This document shows, one piece after another, positions 14,284-26,200 of a stretch of 64,000 nt of DNA; positions within the stretch are counted from its first letter, which is position 1, and every line of letters starts with the position of its first letter. The notes under the pieces were generated by a model. The model had not been told where the DNA came from. It saw nothing but the letters and a program-made list of their open reading frames with translations, and made no database searches. Position numbers and translations under genes: made by a program. The stretch is from Lingula anatina (lineage: Eukaryota; Animalia; Brachiopoda): assembly GCA_051362555.1 (NCBI GenBank), contig CM120646.1, positions 23,436,001 through 23,500,000 of the forward strand, in the 5' to 3' direction.

Positions 14284-17200
14284 CATACCAGTTTTGCCCA
14301 AAGCTTCATACCACGTACGTGAGAGTTCTGCATGGCATCGTGTCAGGACTACGTTGTAAATGTGCACGATACAGATCCACCACCGCACGAAATACACATT
14401 CACTACATAGCTATACTATGTTTAGGCACTTTAGATAAAAACTGTGCATATGGACCTTTCTATGGCTTTTTATCTGTGGCTTTTTATGTTCTAGAGCCTG
14501 AAAAGCCGAGCATTGATTGCGACCTATCCAGCAACATCCTTGTCTTACTCTCCACATGCACTGGCAGGAAGGATCATTATGAAGTTACATATAAATCCAG
14601 CTATGATAACATGAACGAAACTAAACACTTTGTTAGCAAGTCCAAAGACGACAGAATGGAATTGTTGAAATGGCAGCCCGGGCGTCTTTATGATGTGGAG
14701 GTCAAAAGTATCAGTTATTTTGGGACGAAGATGGAAGTCAAGAGTCAAGCAGTAAAGTTGACAATATATACAGGTAAAGTAGCTCTTTTTCGCATCGTAT
14801 ATAAGTGAATGTAATGTAATTGTATTTTGAATACAGACTCGTATAAGCCTATATTTCCAGCTATTTACAGTTCAATGCGTTGTCATACGATAACCATGCG
14901 TTAGGTAAACGCAAAACACGTTCGACACACGGTCATATACGCAAAGGATATGTAAATATGCGGCTGTTATACGTTTTTAAATCGTAAGAGACACGTTCCT
15001 TCTTTTAGTCAGTATTATACGCTGCGTCAGTATTATGTTATTAAGTATTATGTTATCGTAGCGTATGGAACGCATCTTTAACGATTACGAACGTAATTGC
15101 GTACATAACTCATCTGTTACTCTGTTACGTTGATTAGACGCTACGTTTACGATGACATACCTTATCATACGCTTATACAGTGCGCCAGTCATACGTTTCT
15201 CAATGAAAACTGAACAGTGTAAATACGCTTTCAGTACGCTTTTTGCACGTGCTTATTCTTTCTTCCTTACACGCTAGAAAAAGTGGGATTTCATACACTG
15301 CTAACGCATATCATTTCATAACACCATCAATTGGTTTCATTCTAGTTATGTTACAAAACAATGTTATGTTTGCTAACAGTATGTGTATAAATTTATATTA
15401 CAAAAAATGTTCCAGTTGATTATAGTAACTTTCTAAAAACGTTTTTAAAAAGAATTTAAAACAACACTATCTAAAACATTACAATACTGTTATCTTGTAA
15501 ATTTCAAATGATTTTAAAAGTTATGGAATAACATTATAAAAAGATGTTGAAAAATTTTCATAACTAAGAAAAAGATATGATTACGTTAAAAAAAACGTTG
15601 CATAAAAGATAAAAAATGTTTTATTGAACATTTCAATAAAGTTACTTTTGGAGTGTTTAAAACATTTATGACGTCTCAAAACAACGTTATAATAACGCTG
15701 TAGAAAAGAGTTTAAAAAAAACGTTTCTGCAGCTCGCCATAATACAGTTATTTTGGTGCATTTTTAAATGTTGTTATAACTCTCTGGAATACAATTTAAA
15801 TATTGTTTTGTAAACGTTTTATAATTAACTAGAAAAGCACTCAGAGCGCGCAGACCTGCGCCAAGGCAGCAAAATCTCCATCCAATGCCGTTTCACACCT
15901 GTATTTTCGATAATTTTGATTATTGATTGATGATTGATCCTGATCACCACCAAAAAATAATCATCTGTTCCCTGGCCCACTTCTGACAGTTCCTGAAAAT
16001 TTCATCAAAATCGGTCCATAACTCTTTTTTTTATCATTATTGATTGATTACTGATCCGGATCACCACCAAAAACTAATCACTTCTAAGTTTACCCATTTC
16101 TGACCTACCCTGAAAATTCCATCCATATCTTTTTGAGTTATGTTGATGACAAACAGACAAACAAACAAAGAAACAAACAGGGGTGAAAACAACCTCCTTG
16201 GCGGAGGTAACAAAAACGTTATGGTACCCTGTAACGTTATGTAAATTCACACCAGAAAAATGTCTCACTGGAAAGTTTTGCCAATATTGTGAGCCGTGTT
16301 GAGCAACTTTTGCATAATAACATTTAGAGAATATTTAAGAATGAAAAAATTAGGCCCATATGGCCATGTAGATGTTAAGTGTATTTGTGTATTTGAAAAT
16401 ATAATATATTCCTCAGTTATTATCAGTTATCCTTGAAACGTTGCCAGCACATTCAATTAACGTCTGTTAATTTTGATGAAAATCAGAAGTAATTGGGCTG
16501 CGAGCGACTTTCAACACCCACTGGCTAATTTCAAATTGGGGTTGGGGTTGGTTGGCGACTATAACGGTGCGGATCTTTGAAATTCAGACTCTCAGTGTGT
16601 TACTGAAATAACCGACCTATGAAGAAAAGCTTAAACCATCTATTGTACTGAAAAAACCGCCATGTTCCTGATGTTCTTTTGTTTATTCCTTTCATAAAAA
16701 ATTTACTGAACGTCAGTACTATAATCAACTTTATCAAAATTATCATGAATGTGTTTTAAAGTAATCTTGATAGTTATATGATGTTTATTGTGAACTAGTG
16801 AATTGATTGAAGAAATGCACTCTAATAAACTTGACGAATAAGTCCAAATGTGGATTAAAGTGTGTGAAATGAGTAACGTTGAACAGTACTCCACAGTCGT
16901 CCGAAGCTGTCCATATGATGGTCCACCCACAAGTAATTCAAAATATAGTCTGTCACTTACTTAAAGAGTTATGGGCCCGTATTCCAAGATTTTCCTTAAA
17001 ATAGGTCTAAGGTCAACTTTTATAAAGGCTTCCTTTGATGAGGTGTTCCTTGGTAAAGGAAGGCCTAACAAAATGGTATTCTTAGACCACACTTAATAAG
17101 CCTCTCCTTTGATAAGAGTAGTATATGTGGACGTAACAAGTCGTATTTCGGAGGGGGACTCTGGGGACCTGTTATGTAATTATGACGTAACAATGCGTAA

Positions 17201-20200
17201 TCATTTTGTTCGTTATCATTGGGACCTGTTATGTATCGTTTCAACATCATCGACACTACGTATTTCACGTAAAAATTAACTGGCATCGCAACATCACGTA
17301 ATTCCATTGTTTTCAAATTAATTAGAATGGTCCTCGGACGCAATAGGATCGTTTCATGAATTAATTAACATTGTAATCAGACATTGTTTCAAAATCGAAA
17401 AGTATTGCAATCGAATGGAACAACAAAGGCAGAACACTCTTCAAATTGATTTCTTTTTATTTATTGAATATACAGACTTGACATTTAATATGGAATATTT
17501 CAGTTTCGAATGTATGCCTAGGTGAAAATGCGTTTTTTTTTTTCACAAACTCCGATCTCATATAAGATGTGTGAATGGAGAAGTGTGTAGTCAGGTGTGT
17601 CGCTACCAATTAACTGATTACCAGGTTTGTTGCACTGCTGCATTATGTAATATGCAGTGATTTAATTGGGTAGTGCTCCTTTGGGCAGGTCAAAGCTTGG
17701 CTTTGGCAAAGCATGGTTCTGTCAAAAAAAGTATCCATATGTCGGCAACTACTGCATAGAAGAATTTGAAATTTTGCATGCAAGTGGTCGGGTTCGCAGT
17801 GTGTAAAATGTGCTATGCAGTGCTTTACAAATTTGTTAATCTGTGGCAGAATGGCGCGAAAAATACAGGCATTGCCAGACAGGTAATTGCGCCAAACGAA
17901 ACGGTCCGCACAGTTTTACAGAGTAATGCCCAGACTGATGTACTTACACATAGGTCACACCCAATGTATTGAAATCTTACCACCAGGGTACAGGACCCAC
18001 TGTCCTTCGAGATATGCTGTTGCAACTAAACAAAAACCACCTAGTCCGTTCAGAATGAGGGGTGAATTACCAACAAAACGCATTTTTCAAGGCCCTTAGC
18101 GAACACCAAACTGGTTTTAGCAGGTTAGAACACCAGACGACCTCCGAGGAACCCACTGTAAACAGCAAAACATCGTTGTATGTTTCTCTATTGAATTGGG
18201 GTCTTGACTGTTTCTGGGTTGAACACTGAAATATCGTGGCTTTCGTTATTGAGGTCAGATTTCACCTGTACCGCTCAACAGTCAAAACAGAGTTTACAGA
18301 CATCCAGAAGAGGCCAACGACGAAGCGTGTGCCGCGTCTAAAGTGACTAAGGTCATTAACAGCGTCAGTATTTGGAGTGGAAACCACATTGGTGCCAAAA
18401 AAACCAATGGTGGTCATCGACTAAAACCTGAACCAGATCAGATAAAGAAATAATCTGGGAACCACTTGGCTATCATTTGATAGGGGACAACTTAGGAACA
18501 ATTTTAGGTTGCACAGTGAGATTGCCGGTTCACACAGAGCACTTTTAATAGCATTTTACTTACAGAACCAAGGTAATGAGCAGCTACATTGGTCATCAAA
18601 ATCGCCATATTTGAACCACATACACAATATGTGGGTAGGCCATTACTCTCCGAATCAATGGCCTACATGTCCTACAACAAAACTGGACCAAATTGGGCAG
18701 ATTTTGACCGATGCCTGGAATGTTATTCCAGATTGAACTTTAAAAACCTATCCCATTGAATGCCTTGCCACTTGAGAGCGCTGGTAGCAGCCAGAAGAAG
18801 TCAAGCGTAACAGCGACTGTTACTGTGACAATCACTGACATGAGGGTCCTTTTGTAGAGCGTTTTACTCCTTTACAGACGAAAAATTTAGAAAATATGGA
18901 GGTTTAAATATCCCTTTTAATGGTTGTTGCATGACATAGAATAGGCAATGTGTTTTTGTTTGCTTCTCTGGCGAATTCCATTAATGAAATGATGTCACAA
19001 TGACATCAAAGAGATAATTAAAAGTTATTAAAACACGATTTTAATCCATATTTTCATTTATCAGTCTGTAAAATAGGAAAAACCTGATGAAAAATTATTT
19101 GGAAAAAAATATTCCATATTAAATGTCAAGTCTGTAAAACAAGCTGTCTAGATGTCTAAAGGTGCAGTGGAGACGCCATCATCCAATACAACTCTCTTAC
19201 AATAAAAATAAGAAAAAGCGTCACGTTTTTGTACATAGGAATGCATTGTGTTGTTAAACAGCCTTATACCTCTATTTAAACCGCTACCGCTTTGTCTATT
19301 CAATAGTATGTCTAAATATTTGTGTTTGTCTATGTCATTGTTGTTCCTATTTACACCCTTGCAACTGAATTTTGGTTTTGTTTCACTTCCAAAACAGTAA
19401 TACGTTTTACTGCAAAGACTAACGATGCGGTCACCGATCCACTCAGCCTTGAACAACCAGGGCTTTCTTTTGTCGAAGGCCTCGTGTTCAGGGGTATCAG
19501 TACGCGGAAACCACAGCTGTTTTTCTGTTTCGTACTTGTCCCGCATTTTGGGTTTTATCACGGCTTCTAAGCTGTCAGCCGTAATTGCAATGTATGCTGA
19601 ATCCGTGTCCAATATTGGAAATCGGACGGATCCACGAATTCCATCATGAAGTCGTAATAAAACTCTAACATCCGTAGCTTGGCGTACTGATACACCATCA
19701 CACCAATATGCAGAGGCAGATCAAATTTGATGACTTTTTTATTTAACTCTATTTCGTAGATATCTTGTGTTATTCGGTCTAAACGCCTAAACCGAGGATC
19801 ACACACTTTTAACGAGGCCTTTGCTTCTCCACCGTATTCGGTGTCGCGGTGTTTTTCTTTGTTTGTTACCGTTTTACCGTAGCCCGAGTTGCCAATGAGT
19901 TTCATGGTGTCGGCAACGATAGACTTTGATTTGTCTCTGTCTCCCTCTCTTCGAGCTTCGCTGACTGCATTGCCAAAATGTTCAAAACAGGCGTTCGGCG
20001 TGTACTCTGATAGATCCGCAAAACACGGCTAACACGATTTTTTCCGAAGAAACTACCGGTCAACGATTTTCTAGGGGTGTGCATGATATTATTTTCCTCG
20101 GCAAAATCTTTAATATACGACCCAATGTCGTCTCGGGTAATTGTGGTGTTTTTGAAGCTAGGTGGCATTTCAGCAAATACGGTTCTGAGTTCTGGAGGGA

Positions 20201-23200
20201 CCTCTATGTCACATTCCACAAATCCAAACAACTTATCATTGCTAATGGCTTGTAAAATATCTTCAAATTTCAGTTTATATTTGCTTTCAGTGGGAAGCGT
20301 GTACCGGTTTGTAAAGGCACGCACTTCGTCGTTCTCACGTTGAAGTTTTTTCCACTCACAGTCCCACATTTCTACCAAAGTATACCCTTGCTCTCGAATG
20401 TATATGCTATTTTCTTCTGTTTCGATTCGCAATGAGGACATAGAGACCCTTTTAGTGCCATTCATAACTTTATAGGTGCCGTCTTTGTTTTGGTTAAGAT
20501 GACAACGGTGGCCGTGAAAATAACACCCGTGATACTGATACACGGTCTTCGTTTCTCGGCAAAATCCGTCGACAGGCAGTCGAGGCTTATAACCTATACG
20601 CTTTTCGATGCCGTTGAACTGATGCCGGATGCTTACACCCTCGGAATGAGCGACCCAGTCCGACCACATCGTGGCCTCTCGCCCCCGTGGGTGAGAATAC
20701 TCACGTTTATACTCAGATGTTTCTTGTCTGCGTATAAATGTACCGGTTGGCATGGGTTGCATCAAGCACCACAAGTAGAGAGCATTGGCATCGTAACCAA
20801 TAATTTTCTTGCAGAGCTTGGGTGTGCTTATGGTCGCCTTTTGAAGAAAGGTCTTATTCCTTTCGTGGTAACGGTGGAATATAATACTTGGGCCACCCAC
20901 GATGGCATTTTTCCGTAGGTAGTGGAGATCGCTATTTTTGTCATCAAAAAGAGTAAAATAAGCGTCTCCTACGTTTTGAAAGAGGTATTTTAATGTTAAC
21001 CCTAGTACACTAATACCATCTTTAAACATATCAATACCCCTCTCAAGGTAGAAGTCAAACATTTTAGCCACTGCTTCCAGCATAGGTTCAACGTCTTTGT
21101 TGTTATACCAGGTGAGAAATTCGCGCATTGTTTCCATATTGTTTTCCTCCCTCACCCGTTGGCACAATGCGTAATCCTCCTCACTTATTCCGATTTGCTT
21201 CAAGTTGGAGTAAAATGCTTCTCGGGGAGGGAGATGCGGGCATTCGAGTTTATCCAAGGAGTCCATCCATTCGTACGGAAAGAACCCCCTGGATTCTTTG
21301 CACTCAAACGCCCTTAGAAACTGACTGTAACTGCAACCAGGAGCTAGGTAATTGCAAATATCCCAAATTTTAAGGCTATCCGACTTCAATACCATAAACT
21401 TGTTGTTTCGCTTTACCACAAAACGGATCTCTTCTGCGTTTAACAACAGCGGCAAAAAACAACTTTTTCATGGCATTTAAGTCGTAGTACCCACTGTTAA
21501 ACCCTAATACGGGAAATTCTTTTAAATACTTGCGAAACTTTTTGCTTAGTTTTGTTAAATAATGTCTTGTTAAAGTGGTGTCATCGTCATCATCTTCGCC
21601 TTCTAGCTCTTCAAAAACCCAGGAAAACTTATTGCACAGAATCTTATCCGCAGCACGACTCATATTCTGTAAGACAGCAATGAACTGTTGCACAGCTAGT
21701 GCCGGCTGACCGTTGGATATAATGCACGTCGCTTTGTCGTACCCAGGAACGTTACTGCACACGCTTACACTTAGAAATTGGTGTTCGTTTTCCAAGCGAA
21801 GCTTTTGGCCGTGTTCGGGGTGTTCGTGTTTAGACAAGAGGCACTCGATGTCGAATGTGGCTCGATATCGGTAGTATCGGTCTTCCTCGGGGACAACAAT
21901 GCCTTCGTCTTCGAGTTGTTCGAAGATTGTTTGCTGTGCCGCGTACGCTTTCCCCGGGAAACGCTACTCCACGGCGCCGTTACAGGTCCGTTCGTGGACA
22001 TGTAGATGACCTTTGTGTTTAAACATTTTGTCGCACTTTGAGCAGCAGAAAGAATTGGCGTATTTACCCATGTCGCTGATGTAGGAAAAATGATTTTCGT
22101 ATATGTTTACTGCCATCGTCTCTTTGTGTCTGGTCATGGATCGACGAACAAGTTGAGCAACGGTTTTATCATCTTCGCATTCCTCTAACTCGTAGACCGT
22201 GATGTTCACTTTAAAGTTGTCTTCTAGTCTATTGAGATGGTGAAGAGGGACACCTTTAAATGCTTTACTTCTACATCCCGTCTCTGCCACGTACGTTTCA
22301 AACAACCGTTTGGTCGCCTTTTCAAGTCCGTGAACAGGCCAGCCCCTTTGCAAGGCGAGACATCTAAAGATACATAAATTATCGTTGTACGACCCGTTTT
22401 TGTCTCCTTGCACCGGATCACACCTCGGTTGTTCAAAACGTGACGTGGTAAAGGTATGCCGGCTCCGATCGGGTGACCTTTAAGTTTTGTCACATAAAGT
22501 GTGGCGTTGGTGACCATATCCACCACCCATTTCGAGTTTGGTCGCTCTTGCCGTGCGCATTCGAGAACGTCTGTTAACGACACGTTTTCGAAGAACCCGT
22601 CAAGATCGTCTTTGTTTCGGATCACGAACGGTTCTTCAAAAAAACAGTGTTTGTTGCTGCTGGGATGGTAGTACCGCAACACCCCCGTCTCGCTGTTTCT
22701 CAGGAAGAACCCATACGAAATGTTAATTTTAAAGGCGGTGCGTTGGTCGTTTAAAATTCGAACTAGCTCTTCTCGAAGCGCGTCTGGTTGAACGGTAGTC
22801 AATCGAAAGTTGTACCAGTCTTGAAGCTTGTTGCCCCGAGAGGATCTCGTTCGAAAACTGTTCCAGTGGTTTGCATACGCGACGCTTAGGGAGGAATTGG
22901 CGTCCGAGGGTAAGAGATCGTCAGGCATGGTGACAGCTGCCTCGCCAAACCCCGTTTGATGTCTGTGTTTTTTAACTCCACCACTCGTTGGAGTGTCGGC
23001 TTTTCTTTTCGCCGAGGGCCCAGGACGTGGGTGAGCCACCTCTTGGTGTGCGTGAAGATCTCGTGGGGTGGCGAATTCTTCTGTGCACTCGGGGCAGCTT
23101 ATATTTGAAACACGGTGGCCGCAGGAATGGTTCATGGCAGCTAACACTTGACCTGCAACATCTGCCGATCACGTCAGCAGACATCGATTGATGCACAACA

Positions 23201-26200
23201 AGAAGAAACCCGAGCTTGAATGCCCTACGTGTGGAAAGCCATTTACACGTGCACACAACGCCAAAAGGCATTCCTGCGGCCACCGTGTTTCAAATATAAG
23301 CTGCCCCGAGTGCACAGAAGAATTCGCCACCCCACGAGATCTTCACGCACACCTTTGTGGCGAGAGAGAGACCTTTTCAAAGGAAATATCTCTCCACATA
23401 GCTCGCACGTGTATACCATGGCTGCAGTATGCCTGGAATCGAGGAAGGTTCAGAGTGATATCGACATGAGACTTGTGTCTGATTGGTTAATATGGAAAAA
23501 TTGATTCGTTTGACTGGTTGGAACACACGATTGGTTGATTTTGACATCATATCTTATAATAGATTTACTTGATTATTCTGTTAAAGTGAACCTGATTGAA
23601 AGAAACAAGACAATTTAATTGGATGTCTATGACATCATATCTAAAAACAGACTTTGTAAAAGAGAATTTGATTGGGAGAAATAAGGTGAAACTACAATTT
23701 GATTATTATGTACTGGTTTCTGATTGGTTACTGAAAAAAAAGCTCTCAATAAATCACTGTTCACAGAAGTGAACGTTTCATAGGTCGTTGTTCTGTTGGA
23801 AAGTAAAAGTACGGATGACAGTGAAGTATTCACCGATTGTGCTCCCGAAGACCAGCCCTATCATTTTCGAGTACCTTTTTGCAAGGAAGACGATTGGATA
23901 CTCAGTTTTCTAAACTGGTCCGGCAAACTTCTTATCAACCCCATACCTCTAGCCATCAGTGGCTTTTACAGGAACCAAGAAGTGTCAAATGCAGACGACG
24001 CGGTTCTTTGCTTTAACTGTCGGGTCAGTCTTAGAATCTGGGACCCATTGAGAGATGCGGCGGACGTTGAACACGAGCGTCACAGTCCGCAATGCACCAT
24101 GAATAGTGTTGAAAAGAGACTCAAGAATCCACTAAATGTAGCACTGACGCCCGAAAAACGACACGAATTAGTGCAGCTGTTTGTCCCAATTGAAAAAAAT
24201 TCTAACTACACACCCAGTACAGTAAAAGCACTGTTGAACATAGGCTTTGATGAAGTGGACCAGGTTCCGTGGCCTAAGCCATACGGCCTATTCTGATTAG
24301 ACTTTGTGTAGATCTGATTGGTTGAAAAATATTACTCCATTCCACAGACCTTGAAACCGTTTTAAAAAGGCGTTATTTAATAAGAGTGTTTATTTAACGT
24401 TTTGCATTCTTAGAGAACTGTTTATGGCAAGTCCATCCGTTAAAATCGAGTGCGACGATATTAAGTGTGTGGTTTCATGTTGTCAGGGACAGACAAATGT
24501 TGTTAACGACCAAAGAGATGAAACACAATGCGACAAAGAAACCGAGCTACAACCTAGCATATGTACAAGAATATGGCATTACATCAAAACTTTACTTTGT
24601 AGTGTGAAACAAAACGCAGCCAACTAAGAAGGTCATCATGAGAAAAAGTGAACCACAAAACAGTAGGATAGATGGTTACTTAAAGAAAATATGTTACGAT
24701 CCTTCCAATCCAGCTAGTTTTGGAAGCGCGTTGAAATTATATAAAGCGGCACGAAAAGATAAAAAGAAAATCGGACTTAAGCAAATCGAAGAGTTTTTGA
24801 CCAAGCAAGATACGTATACGCTACACGCTAACGTCAGAAAACGATTTCGCACCAATCGCGTTGTTGTTGGTCGTACGGATCAGAAATGGCAAGCCGATTT
24901 AGCCGACCTCAGCAAATTATCAAAGGAATGAAATTTTCGTTAACTGTGATTGATGTATTTTCAAAGTACGCGTGGGCCGTGCCAATCAAATCAAAACCTG
25001 CTGATAGCGTGCTGCAATCTTTTAGCGATATTTTAGCCGGAGGTCGAAAACCGGCGATCCTACAAACAGATGCCGGTGTGAACGGAATGGTAGTCCTAGT
25101 AACGCAAGTCCGACCGGACACTAAGTCCTGGGAACGCAAGTCCTAGGTCTAGCGTTGCTAGGAATGGAGAATTACTAGGATTTAACGTCCGCAGGACAAC
25201 AGTTACCAAGGAATGCGTGTCCCACCGCCAGGAATCTAAGTCCGGATGGGACCTGTTATCCTGATTTACACTAGGAATATATGTCCACTCCCATTTTTCT
25301 CTCGCACTTAAAGTGAGTGATAGATAGATAATATAATATAATATAAAAATTACTTTTAAAATATTTCACCCAAACAAATACAATGGAATAAAAAAGGTTT
25401 ATGAAGAATAACACTTGTTACATTTTTATATATTTATTTCAGTTCTTTTATTTATTCATCTGCAACATAAACTTTCAAATTTGCCCTGTTTACGGCGCCT
25501 TTCAGTGTGCACCCGCCTTCAATCTGGAGGATGTAAGATCCAGATTTGGATGTCCCCTTCACAACGTAGGGCCCCAGCCAGGGGTTTTCTTGTTTGCCCC
25601 CCTTTCTGTCACTCCTTCGTAAATTTCTTTTCGACACTTTTGTTCCCACGGTAAGAACCTGTAAAATTAATTTAGATACCATAAGTTGTCTTGATTACCA
25701 TCCTCCACGCCTCAGGCTTGTTCACGGCAATAGGGTTAAGCGGTGGAGAGCCGTTGTTGCTCTTTTTGTTGACACGCTGACATTTGTCTCATTTTAAAAC
25801 TAATTTTCTTATGTCCTCTACCATGTTTGGCCAATAATATATCTGTTCAACCTTGGCCAGTGTCTTATCTCGTCCCAGGTGACCAGCTTAAATTTAAAAA
25901 CAAGGAAATTAATGCATCGCATTTTATAGACACTTCACGTTTTTCAATGTCTGGAATTATGTCACACAATTAAATAAAGCAACGTATACGCGGTATTGTG
26001 AATACGGAATTATTTTAATACATACTTACCAAGCGGTGATGTATGCAGTGTATCCAAAATTTTTTCACTTCTTCCCTGTTTCTTACAAATTTTCGCCATA
26101 CTCCACCAACATCATTATCATTATTATCATTATGCCCTTCATCTGCTACGTCCCTCACTTTCCTCTTGCTAACTCTGTAATAGAGCTTGCCTTGTTCAAT

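Noticed and set aside
19567-22413. Programmed frameshifting or a split polymerase
   Set aside because: Multiple frameshifts, an in-frame stop, an inversion and a disrupted integrase are more simply explained by decay or sequencing error.
19322-22726. Several plus-strand ORFs overlapping pPolB
   Set aside because: Antisense shadows of a coding region, with no motifs of their own.
23188-23469. Stand-alone plus-strand zinc-finger gene
   Set aside because: Explained as the inverted piece of the pPolB N-terminus; similarity stops exactly at the inversion junction (23353).
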